Below the pieces are notes generated by a model. It saw only the letters and a program-made list of their open reading frames with translations, made no database searches and was not told the DNA's origin. A DNA stretch of 30,783 nucleotides from NCBI GenBank assembly GCA_964016885.1, contig CAXHJY010000015.1, forward strand, positions 1-30,783. Reading direction: 5' to 3'. This DNA is from Eledone cirrhosa (Eukaryota). Numbering within the stretch: the first letter of the stretch is position 1; every line of letters starts with the position of its first letter. A program made the position numbers and the translations under genes. This document shows positions 1 to 12,871 of this stretch, piece by piece.

Positions 1-3000
1 TATGTACACATGTGTGTGTTATATACACATGTGTGTGTTATGTACACATGTGTGTGTTATGTACACATGTGTGTGTTATGTACACATGTGTGTGTTATAT
101 ACACATGTGTGTGTTATATACACATGTGTGTGTTATATACACATGTGTGGGTTATGTACACATGTGTGTGTTATATACACATGTGTGGGTTATATACACA
201 TGTGTGTGTTATATACACATGTGTGTGTTATATACACATGTGTGTGTTATATACACATGTGTGGGTTATGTACACATGTGTGTGTTATATACACATGTGT
301 GGGTTATATACACGTGTGTGTTATATACACATGTGTGGGTTATATACACATGTGTGTGTTATATACACATGTGTGTGTCATATACACATGTGTGTCTTAT
401 GTACACATGTGTGTGTTATGTACACATGTGTGTGTTATATACACATGTGTGTGTTATATACACATGTGTGTGTTATGTACACATGTGTGTGTTATGTACA
501 CATGTGTGTGTTATATACACATGTGTGTGTTATGTACACATGTGTGTGTTATGTACACATGTGTGTCTTATGTACACATGTGTGTGTTATGTACACATGT
601 GTGTGTTATACACATGTGTGTGTTATATACACATGTGTGTGTTATGTACACATGTGTGTGTTATATACACATGTGTGTCTTATGTACACATGTGTGTGTT
701 ATATACACATGTGTGTGTTATATACACATGTGTGTGTTATATACACATGTGTGTGTTATGTACACATGTGTGTGTTATATACACATGTGTGTGTTATGTA
801 CACATGTGTGTGTTATATACACATGTGTGTGTTATGTACACATGTGTGTGTTATATACACATGTGTGTGTTATGTACACATGTGTGTGTTATGTACACAT
901 GTGTGTCTTATGTACACATGTGTGTGTTATGTACACATGTGTGTGTTATATACACATGTGTGTGTTATATACACATGTGTGTGTTATATACACATGTGTG
1001 GGTTATGTACACATGTGTGTGTTATGTACACATGTGTGTGTTATATACACATGTGTGTGTTATATACACATGTGTGTGTTATATACACATGTGTGTGTTA
1101 TGTACACATGTGTGTGTTATGTACACATGTGTGTGTTATGTACACATGTGTGTGTTATATACACATGTGTGTGTTATGTACACATGTGTGTGTTATATAC
1201 ACATGTGTGTCTTATGTACACATGTGTGTGTTATATACACATGTGTGTGTTATATACACATGTGTGTGTTATATACACATGTGTGTGTTATGTACACATG
1301 TGTGTGTTATATACACATGTGTGTGTTATGTACACATGTGTGTGTTATATACACATGTGTGTGTTATGTACACATGTGTGTGTTATGTACACATGTGTGT
1401 GTTATGTACACATGTGTGTGTTATATACACATGTGTGTGTTATATACACATGTGTGTGTTATGTACACATGTGTGTGTTATGTACACATGTGTGTGTTAT
1501 GTACACATGTGTGTGTTATGTACACATGTGTGTGTTATATACACATGTGTGTGTTATATACACATGTGTGTGTTATATACACATGTGTGTGTTATATACA
1601 CATGTGTGTGTTATGTACACATGTGTGTGTTATATACACATGTGTGTGTTATGTACACATGTGTGTGTTATATACACATGTGTGTGTTATGTACACATGT
1701 GTGTGTTATGTACACATGTGTGTGTTATGTACACATGTGTGTGTTATGTACACATGTGTGTGTTATATACACATGTGTGTGTTATATACACATGTGTGTG
1801 TTATATACACATGTGTGTGTTATATACACATGTGTGTGTTATATACACATGTGTGTGTTATATACACATGTGTGTGTTATATACACGTGTGTGTTATATA
1901 CACATGTGTGGGTCATGTACACATGTGTGTGTTATGTACACATGTGTGTGTTATATACACATGTGTGTGTTATATACACGTGTGTGTTATATACACATGT
2001 GTGTGTTATGTACACATGTGTGGGTCATGTACACATGTGTGTGTTATATACACATGTGTGTGTTATATACACATGTGTGTGTTATGTACACATGTGTGTG
2101 TTATGTACACATGTGTGTGTTATGTACACATGTGTGTGTTATATACACATGTGTGTGTTATATACACATGTGTGTGTTATATACACATGTGTGTGTTATA
2201 TACACATGTGTGTGTTATATACACGTGTGTGTTATGTACACATGTGTGGGTCATGTACACATGTGTGTCTTATGTACACATGTGTGTCTTATGTACACAT
2301 GTGTGTGTTATGTACACATGTGTGTGTTATATACACATGTGTGTGTTATATACACATGTGTGTGTTATGTACACATGTGTGTGTTATGTACACATGTGTG
2401 TGTTATATACACATGTGTGTGTTATGTACACATGTGTGTGTTATATACACATGTGTGTGTTATGTACACATGTGTGGGTTATATACACATGTGTGTCTTA
2501 TGTACACATGTGTGTGTTATGTACGCATGTGTGTGTTATGTACACATGTGTGTGTTATATACACATGTGTGTGTTATGTACACATGTGTGTGTTATGTAC
2601 ACATGTGTGTGTTATATACACATGTGTGTGTTATATACACGTGTGTGTTATATACACATGTGTGTGTTATATACACATGTGTGGGTTATGTACACATGTG
2701 TGTGTTATATACACATGTGTGGGTTATATACACATGTGTGGGTTATATACACATGCGTGTGTTATGTACACATGTGTGTGTTATGTACACATGTGTGTGT
2801 TATATACACATGTGTGTGTTATGTACACATGTGTGTGTTATATACACATGTGTGGGTTATATACACGTGTGTGTTATATACACATGTGCGTGTTATATAC
2901 ACATGTGTGTGTTATATACACATGTGTGGGTTATATACACATGTGTGTGTTATATACACATGTGTGTGTTATGTACACATGTGTGTGTTATATACACATG

Positions 3001-6000
3001 TGTGTGTTATGTACACATGTGTGTGTTATGTACACATGTGTGTGTTATGTACACATGTGTGGGTTATATACACGTGTGTGTTATATACACATGTGTGTGT
3101 TATATACACATGTGTGTGTTATATACACATGTGTGGGTTATGTACACATGTGTGTGTTATGTACACATGTGTGTGTTATATACACATGTGTGTGTTATGT
3201 ACACATGTGTGTGTTATGTACACATGTGTGTGTTATGTACACATGTGTGTGTTATATACACATGTGTGTGTTATATACACATGTGTGTGTTATATACACA
3301 TGTGTGGGTTATGTACACATGTGTGTGTTATATACACATGTGTGGGTTATATACACATGTGTGTGTTATATACACATGTGTGTGTTATATACACATGTGT
3401 GTGTTATATACACATGTGTGGGTTATGTACACATGTGTGTGTTATATACACATGTGTGGGTTATATACACGTGTGTGTTATATACACATGTGTGTGTTAT
3501 ATACACATGTGTGTGTTATGTACACATGTGTGTGTTATATACACATGTGTGTGTTATGTACACATGTGTGTGTTATATACACATGTGTGTGTTATGTACA
3601 CATGTGTGTGTTATGTACACATGTGTGTGTTATGTACACATGTGTGTGTTATATACACATGTGTGTGTTATATACACATGTGTGTGTTATATACACATGT
3701 GTGGGTTATGTACACATGTGTGTGTTATATACACATGTGTGGGTTATATACACATGTGTGTGTTATATACACATGTGTGTGTTATATACACATGTGTGTG
3801 TTATATACACATGTGTGGGTTATGTACACATGTGTGTGTTATATACACATGTGTGGGTTATATACACGTGTGTGTTATATACACATGTGTGTGTTATATA
3901 CACATGTGTGTGTTATGTACACATGTGTGTGTTATATACACATGTGTGTGTTATGTACACATGTGTGTGTTATATACACATGTGTGTGTTATGTACACAT
4001 GTGTGTGTTATATACACATGTGTGTGTTATATACACATGTGTGTGTTATATACACATGTGTGTGTTATATACACATGTGTGTGTTATGTACACATGTGTG
4101 TGTTATATACACATGTGTGTGTTATGTACACATGTGTGTGTTATATACACATGTGTGTGTTATATACACATGTGTGTGTTATATACACATGTGTGTGTTA
4201 TATACACATGTGTGTGTTATGTACACATGTGTGTGTTATGTACACATGTGTGTGTTATGTACACATGTGTGTCTTATGTACACATGTGTGTGTTATGTAC
4301 ACATGTGTGTGTTATGTACACATGTGTGTGTTATGTACACATGTGTGTGTTATATACACATGTGTGTGTTATGTACACATGTGTGTGTTATGTACACATG
4401 TGTGTGTTATGTACACATGTGTGTGTTATGTACACATGTGTGTGTTATATACACATGTGTGTGTTATATACACATGTGTGTGTTATATACACATGTGTGT
4501 GTTATATACACATGTGTGTGTTATGTACACATGTGTGTGTTATATACACATGTGTGTGTTATGTACACATGTGTGTGTTATATACACATGTGTGTGTTAT
4601 GTACACATGTGTGTGTTATGTACACATGTGTGTGTTATGTACACATGTGTGTGTTATGTACACATGTGTGTGTTATATACACATGTGTGTGTTATATACA
4701 CATGTGTGTGTTATATACACATGTGTGTGTTATATACACATGTGTGTGTTATATACACATGTGTGTGTTATATACACATGTGTGTGTTATATACACGTGT
4801 GTGTTATATACACATGTGTGGGTCATGTACACATGTGTGTGTTATGTACACATGTGTGTGTTATATACACATGTGTGTGTTATATACACGTGTGTGTTAT
4901 ATACACATGTGTGTGTTATGTACACATGTGTGGGTCATGTACACATGTGTGTGTTATATACACATGTGTGTGTTATATACACATGTGTGTGTTATGTACA
5001 CATGTGTGTGTTATGTACACATGTGTGTGTTATGTACACATGTGTGTGTTATATACACATGTGTGTGTTATATACACATGTGTGTGTTATATACACATGT
5101 GTGTGTTATATACACGTGTGTGTGTTATATACACGTGTGTGTTATGTACACATGTGTGGGTCATGTACACATGTGTGTGTTATATACACATGTGTGTGTT
5201 ATGTACACATGTGTGGGTTATATACACATGTGTGTCTTATGTACACATGTGTGTGTTATGTACACATGTGTGTGTTATATACACATGTGTGTGTTATATA
5301 CACATGTGTGTGTTATGTACACATGTGTGTGTTATGTACACATGTGTGTGTTATATACACATGTGTGTGTTATGTACACATGTGTGTGTTATATACACAT
5401 GTGTGTGTTATGTACACATGTGTGGGTTATATACACATGTGTGTCTTATGTACACATGTGTGTGTTATGTACGCATGTGTGTGTTATGTACACATGTGTG
5501 TGTTATATACACATGTGTGTGTTATGTACACATGTGTGTGTTATGTACACATGTGTGTGTTATATACACATGTGTGTGTTATATACACGTGTGTGTTATA
5601 TACACATGTGTGTGTTATATACACATGTGTGGGTTATGTACACATGTGTGTGTTATATACACATGTGTGGGTTATATACACATGTGTGGGTTATATACAC
5701 ATGTGTGTGTTATGTACACATGTGTGTGTTATGTACACATGTGTGTGTTATATACACATGTGTGTGTTATGTACACATGTGTGTGTTATATACACATGTG
5801 TGGGTTATATACACGTGTGTGTTATATACACATGTGCGTGTTATATACACATGTGTGTGTTATATACACATGTGTGGGTTATATACACATGTGTGTGTTA
5901 TATACACATGTGTGTGTTATGTACACATGTGTGTGTTATATACACATGTGTGTGTTATGTACACATGTGTGTGTTATGTACACATGTGTGTGTTATGTAC

Positions 6001-7549
6001 ACATGTGTGGGTTATATACACGTGTGTGTTATATACACATGTGTGTGTTATATACACATGTGTGTGTTATATACACATGTGTGGGTTATGTACACATGTG
6101 TGTGTTATGTACACATGTGTGTGTTATATACACATGTGTGTGTTATGTACACATGTGTGTGTTATGTACACATGTGTGTGTTATGTACACATGTGTGTGT
6201 TATATACACATGTGTGTGTTATATACACATGTGTGTGTTATATACACATGTGTGGGTTATGTACACATGTGTGTGTTATATACACATGTGTGGGTTATAT
6301 ACACATGTGTGTGTTATATACACATGTGTGTGTTATATACACATGTGTGTGTTATATACACATGTGTGGGTTATGTACACATGTGTGTGTTATATACACA
6401 TGTGTGGGTTATATACACGTGTGTGTTATATACACATGTGTGTGTTATATACACATGTGTGTGTTATGTACACATGTGTGTGTTATGTACACATGTGTGT
6501 GTTATGTACACATGTGTGTGTTATGTACACATGTGTGTGTTATATACACATGTGTGTGTTATGTACACATGTGTGTGTTATGTACACATGTGTGTGTTAT
6601 GTACACATGTGTGTGTTATATACACATGTGTGTGTTATGTACACATGTGTGTGTTATGTACACATGTGTGTGTTATATACACATGTGTGTGTTATATACA
6701 CATGTGTGTCTTATGTACACATGTGTGTGTTATGTACACATGTGTGTGTTATATACACATGTGTGTGTTATGTACACATGTGTGTGTTATATACACATGT
6801 GTGTGTTATGTACACATGTGTGTGTTATGTACACATGTGTGTGTTATGTACACATGTGTGTGTTATATACACATGTGTGTGTTATGTACACATGTGTGTG
6901 TTATGTACACGTGTGGGTTATGTACACATGTGTGTGTTATATACACATGTGTGTGTTATGTACACATGTGTGTGTTATATACACATGTGTGTGTTATGTA
7001 CACATGTGTGTGTTATATACACATGTGTGTGTTATGTACACATGTGTGTGTTATATACACGTGTGTGTTATGTACACATGTGTGTGTCATATACACATGT
7101 GTGTGTTATGTACACATGTGTGTGTTATATACACATGTGTGTGTTATGTACACATGTGTGTGTTATATACACATGTGTGTGTTATGTACACATGTGTGTG
7201 TTATATACACATGTGTGTGTTATGTACACATGTGTGGGTTATATACACATGTGTGTGTTATGTACACATGTGTGGGTTATATACACATGTGTGTGTTATA
7301 TACACATGTGTGTGTTATATACACATGTGTGTGTTATGTACACATGTGTGTGTTATGTACACATGTGTGTGTTATATACACATGTGTGTGTTATATACAC
7401 ATGTGTGTGTTATGTACACATGTGTGTGTTATATACACATGTGTGTGTTATGTACACATGTGTGGGTTATATACACATGTGTGTGTTATATACACATGTG
7501 TGTGTTATATACACATGTGTATGTTATATACACATGTGTATGTTATATA
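1..7549. repeat. 19-bp tandem satellite, consensus TATRTACACATGTGTGTGT, about 400 units, running off the left edge of the window
   Basis: Units read directly at 1-19 (tatgtacacatgtgtgtgt) and 20-38 (tatatacacatgtgtgtgt). The three + strand ORFs share a 19-aa period (57 nt = 3 units). Variants: A/G at position 4, GG, TC, and 17-bp CACGTG units. Confidence 0.99.
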
Positions 7550-8068
7550 GATATATGTGTGTGTGTTATATAGATATACATATATATGTGTGTTATATAG
7601 ATATATACATGTGTGTGTGTGTTATATAGATATATATGTGTGTTATATATATATGTGTGTGTGTTATATATATATGTGTGCGTGTGTGTTATATAGATAT
7701 ATGTGTGTGTGTTATATAGATATTCCTATGTGTGTGTGTTATATAGATATATATATATGTGTGTATGTGTGTTATATAGATATATATGTGTGTGTGTTAG
7801 ATAGATATACATGTGTGTGTGTGTTATATAGATATATGTGTGTGTGTTATATAGATATACACGTGTGTGTTATATAGATATATACATGTGTGTGTTATAT
7901 AGATATACATGTGTGTGTTATATAGATATATATATATGTGTTATATAGATATATACATGTGTGTGTTATATAGATATATATATGTGTGTGTTATATGCAT
8001 ATACATATGTGTGTGTTATATAGATAGATACATGTGTGTGTGTGTTATATAGATATACATGTGTGTGT

Positions 8069-8105
<37 letters not shown>

Positions 8106-8321
8106 TATATAGATATACATGTGTGTGTCATATATATATATACATGTGTGTGTTATATAGATATACAAATGTGTGTTATATAGATATATATATGTGTGTG
8201 TTATATAGATATATACATGTGTGTGTTATATAGATATACAAATGTGTGTTATATAGATATATATATGTGTGTGTTATATAGATATATACATGTGTGTGTT
8301 ATATAGATATACATGTGTGTG

Positions 8322-8357
<36 letters not shown>

Positions 8358-8465
8358 TATATAGATATATACATGTGTGTGTTATATAGATATATACATG
8401 TGTGTGTTATATAGATATACATATGTGTGTGTTATATAGATATACATGTGTGTGTGTGTGTGTGT
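7550..8465. repeat. Degenerate edge of the satellite, variable units (about 20-30 bp) of GTGTGTGTTATATAGATAT(AT)ACAT type
   Basis: Shares TGTGTGTTATAT and ACATGTGTG with the 19-mer but carries an added AGAT and variable TA/TG run lengths; ends in (TG)n at about 8447-8466. Confidence 0.9.
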
Positions 8466-8778
8466 GAATGAAAGCGTATGATTGTATGTGTGCAAATGTG
8501 TATATATGTGTATATATGTGTGTGTGTGAGTGTGTGTGTGCACATTTCTATAATTTTTGCCATGAAAGTCTTCTTTAAGCCATCCTCTAAAAAGTTGCTC
8601 TGGGGGCAATTAGCCCCGTTTGTCATATTTCTACATAAGTGAATAATTTTTACAGAAATCGATAAAATATGGCGAATGATTATGAATTACAACCTCAATA
8701 TTTGATGAATGTATACATCGTTATACAGAGATGTATACATTGGTAATGTACACATATATACATGGAAACAATACATTC

Positions 8779-8781
<3 letters not shown>

Positions 8782-8819
<38 letters not shown>

Positions 8820-8902
8820 GTATATATATATATATATATATATACATATGTATATATATATATATATATATGTATATGTATATATATGTATATATATGTA
8901 TA

Positions 8903-8949
<47 letters not shown>

Positions 8950-9046
8950 GTATATATATGTATATATATGTATATATATGTATATATGTATATGTATATA
9001 TATATACATATATATACATATATATATATATACATATGTATATATG

Positions 9047-9122
<76 letters not shown>
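8782..9122. repeat. (TA)n microsatellite interrupted by TG/CA
   Basis: Seen directly. Confidence 0.97.
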
Positions 9123-9215
9123 AAGAGTGAGAGAGAAAGAAATTTGTTCACATGCAGCTTTCAAATTCCTCCATGGCTTTAGTGGCAGTGCTTCAATGAA
9201 TGTGTTTGTGAAAGA

Positions 9216-9216
<1 letters not shown>

Positions 9217-9249
<33 letters not shown>
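9217..9249. repeat. (TG)n microsatellite
   Basis: Seen directly. Confidence 0.95.
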
Positions 9250-9251
<2 letters not shown>

Positions 9252-9330
9252 TCATAGAATTGTATACGTTTAAATATGAGACAGCATGTATACACGAATT
9301 TACACATTAATTATATGCCATATTTAAACA

Positions 9331-9734
<404 letters not shown>

Positions 9735-10235
9735 GGAGGGTGACTTTGGACATCCTGCAGGACTAAAAACAAAACCTGTCAAAGGGCAAAGGAGCTCTTA
9801 AGAGTCAATGGCCATCCAAAATCACCGGGAGAGATGACCCCTTAGCCTTTGTCAAGGCAGAATTCTAGGAGAAGGAAAACTCTGATATAACACCTGCAAC
9901 TCTGATGGTATCCAATGATGTTGACTTGTTCTTCTTTTTGGTAAATATCATGTTGGTTAAGAGAGTGTGACTGGCTTTGTGCAGTGCCTTTGCTCACTAT
10001 AAAAGCTTCACGGCACAGGCATTTCTTTATATCTGGAGATCTCTTTGCACTTGTCGTCACATAGTACCATTGGCCCAGCACTATGTGTCAATAATTGTCA
10101 CAAGTGTAGTGTTTGTACCAGAGTTTTCAAGTCGCTGGCTGGATTAAAAAGTCAGACTTGTTCAGCGCATCGGTAGGGGTTCTCCTACATGGATATAAAG
10201 TAGTGGCCGTACTCGAAAACGAGTTGGCAGCCACC
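9735..10235 (+). mobile_element. Candidate non-autonomous, internally deleted RTE-clade retroelement (bipartite 5' plus 3' LINE ends)
   Basis: Non-repetitive island between TA microsatellites. CTAGGAGAAGGAAAACTCTGA (9865-9885) resembles, from memory, a motif of RTE 5' UTRs and RTE-mobilised SINEs. A relic C2H2 finger ends at TAG 10174-10176, followed by a short 3' UTR with hairpin ACTCG-AAAA-CGAGT (10211-10224). ATATATATGT flanks both sides (9725-9734, 10236-10245), a possible TSD but low complexity. Confidence 0.65.
10060..10176 (+). pseudogene. Relic C-terminal C2H2-type zinc finger of a LINE (RTE-like) ORF
   Basis: Manual translation: [38 protein letters not shown]. It fits CxxC-x3-F-x5-L-x2-(H replaced by Q), with a later H before the stop. 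No endonuclease or RT sequence is recognisable upstream. Confidence 0.55.
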
Positions 10236-10558
10236 ATATATATGTACATATATGTATGTATATATATATGTACATGCATTCATATATATATATATATATG
10301 TATATATATGTGTGTATGTATATATATATTTGTGTGTGTGTGTATGCATGTGTGTATGTATGTATATGTGTGTATGTATGTATATATGTATATGTATGTA
10401 TATATGTGTATGTATGTACATATGTGTATGTATGTATATATATGGACATATATATATATATATTTATATATATATATATATATATGTATATGTATTCATA
10501 TATATATGTGTATATGCATATGCGTATATATGTATATATATATATGCCTATTTATATA

Positions 10559-10613
<55 letters not shown>

Positions 10614-10615
10614 TA
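10236..10615. repeat. Compound (TA)n/(TATG)n/(TG)n low-complexity tract
   Basis: Seen directly. Confidence 0.93.
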
Positions 10616-11017
10616 GTATCATATATTCATTTAGATGTGTAAAAAAGTCTCGCTAACGAGATTGTCGGATGTATTTAGACACAGTCGTATAGTTTTTCCA
10701 AAATGGTGAACAGAATTTCTTTTGGAGACAAAGATAGAAAAGTTGAGAGTTGTGACGCTGAACCACCGGCATGTGGCTTTCACACCTCTATAGCTTTTAC
10801 CTTTTTTACTAACTATATATATATGTGTGAGTGTATATATATGTGTGTATGTATATATATGATACATATGTGTGTGTGATATATATATATATATATATAT
10901 AAGATGTTACTATACTTGAGTCTAGTACGAGTCGAAATAATATATATTTATACATACGCGCACAGATGCACATACACACACACACGCGCACACACAAAAT
11001 ACACACAGATATATATA

Positions 11018-11201
11018 TAATAATTGCTTCTCCTTTTGGCACAAGGCCAGCAATTCACCAGAACATTACTGGTACTTTATTTTATCGACCCCGTAAGGAT
11101 GAAAGGCAAAGTGAACCTCGGTGGGATTTGAACTCAGATCGTAAAGGGACGTAACTCTATGCTAGAAAGCATGTACAACCCTCTACCAATACTGCCAATT
11201 C
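11018..11201 (-). mobile_element. tRNA-derived SINE family A, copy 1 (5'-truncated, 3' internal deletion)
   Basis: Minus strand: GAATTGGCAGTATTGG (A-box-like), GAGTTCAAATCC (B box), TTTGCCTTTCATCCTTACGGGGTCGATAAAATAAAGTACCAG, GCTGGCCTTGTGCC, ATTATT tail. Homologous to six other copies in the window. Confidence 0.9.
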
Positions 11202-11287
11202 ATATGCATATATATATATATATATACACATATATATATATTCATACAGACACACCGACACACACAAACAGGCATATATATATATAC

Positions 11288-11344
<57 letters not shown>

Positions 11345-11555
11345 AAAGTTCTATTTCTACTCCTATATTTTTGAGCGCTTTAGATTATATATATATATAT
11401 ATATATATATATGACTGTTTGTGTGTATATATATATATATATAATCACACCCAGTTTCCCTATTTGTCTTTCATCGGCCTGAAGTAAAGAATTTGTGAAT
11501 AAAGAAATGATATAAAAATAGAAACGGTTGAATGATTTAGGCTTCATATTTAGTA

Positions 11556-11665
11556 AGAAAGGAAGGAGGGATAGAAGAAAGAAAGGAAGGAAGGATAGAA
11601 GAAACAAAGGAAGGAAGGATAGAAGAAAGAAAGGAAGGGTGGATGGATGAAAGAAAGGAAGGAGG
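11556..11665. repeat. Purine-rich (GGAA/GAAA)n tract with a ~21-bp GGAAGGAAGGATAGAAGAAA-type repeat
   Basis: Seen directly. Confidence 0.8.
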
Positions 11666-11918
11666 GGTGAAAGAAAAGAAAATTAGATTGAATAACAATA
11701 AGAAGTAATAAAGAAGAGAAAAAAAGGTTTTTAAGAAAACTAAAATGGTGTTTATTGATTGATCAGTACATCGTGATGAGTGACAGAAAGTAGAGTATAA
11801 TGCTAGCATTAGGCAATAACATGGCTTCCTTCATAATGGTACCGATTAATGTATTGTCCTCCATCGTCTGCACCTTCCATCATTATATATTATCATGGTT
11901 GCGGCCACACAACCTCAC

Positions 11919-11981
<63 letters not shown>

Positions 11982-12005
11982 CCCCCCTCTCTCTCTCTCC
12001 CACCC

Positions 12006-12097
<92 letters not shown>

Positions 12098-12112
12098 ATA
12101 TATATATATATA
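11919..12112. repeat. Compound (TCTA)n-(TC)n-(TA)n microsatellite
   Basis: Seen directly. Confidence 0.95.
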
Positions 12113-12251
12113 ACACAAGAGAGTGTTCTATTCGTACATCTTCATTTTATTATCTAAATCCATTATACGTATTTCAAAGATGAAAAGATATTTATATAAT
12201 AACCATCCAGCACGTTTCTTCAGATGAATAAAGATGCGTTTTTCCATCCAT

Positions 12252-12253
<2 letters not shown>

Positions 12254-12347
<94 letters not shown>
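12254..12347. repeat. Pure (TA)n microsatellite
   Basis: Seen directly. Confidence 0.97.
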
Positions 12348-12350
<3 letters not shown>

Positions 12351-12552
12351 TTTATATATATTCATTTATATATATTCATTTTTTTTTTTCTGTATTTGAT
12401 AATTGAAATCCTCATCACAATCAACATCATCAACATCACCACCGTCGTTGTGGTCATCATCATATATCATGGCCAGCAAAATCATTTTCACTATTAGTTA
12501 CGTCACTAATAACATCCCTTACCCCCCCCCCCCCATATACTACTACTACTTG

Positions 12553-12781
12553 TAATAATGATTTCTAATATTGGCACAAGGCCAGTAATTTGGGGAGGGG
12601 GGTTGTGAAAGTAGATTAAATCGACCACAGTACGTTACTGGTACTTTATTTTATCGACCCTGTAAGGATGAAAGGCAAAGTTAACCTCGAAGGAATTTGA
12701 TGTAGATCCTAAAGGGCCGTAACTCTATGCTGCAAAGCATGGCGTCAGACCCTCTACCGATACTCCCACTCCACCACCCTA
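12553..12781 (-). mobile_element. tRNA-derived SINE family A, copy 2 (near full length, decayed B box)
   Basis: + strand GGCACAAGGCCAG...TCGACCACAGTACGTTACTGGTACTTTATTTTATCGACCC...GGATGAAAGGCAAAG...AACTCTATGC matches copies 1 and 3. Confidence 0.9.
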
Positions 12782-12871
12782 AATCAGAAACCGACATTAT
12801 GATAAGTAAACATAGAGATTATCAATACCAGTTTCAGTAACATGAACATTATAATATACAGTATATAACCC

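Noticed and set aside
1-7549. Telomeric or centromeric identity of the TG-rich array
   Set aside because: No TTAGGG-type repeats, and chromosomal position or CENP-A binding cannot be inferred from sequence alone.
2-7629. Three ~2500-aa Cys/His/Tyr-rich ORFs (apparent metal-binding repeat protein)
   Set aside because: All three frames are open and encode the same 19-aa cycle because the 19-bp unit lacks + strand stops. The 17-bp units shift frame freely, so there is no sign of coding constraint.
8640-8750. Possible exon (TTTTTACAG acceptor ... TTG|GTAATG donor; [12 protein letters not shown]...)
   Set aside because: All three frames hit a stop between the splice-like sites, the short peptide is unrecognisable, and no partner exons were found.
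10630-10810. Unique island with short open frames (similarly 11760-11918, 23000-23370, 23900-24070, 30440-30580)
   Set aside because: No recognisable protein motif or convincing splice-site pair. Small exons cannot be excluded without RNA-seq or BLASTX.
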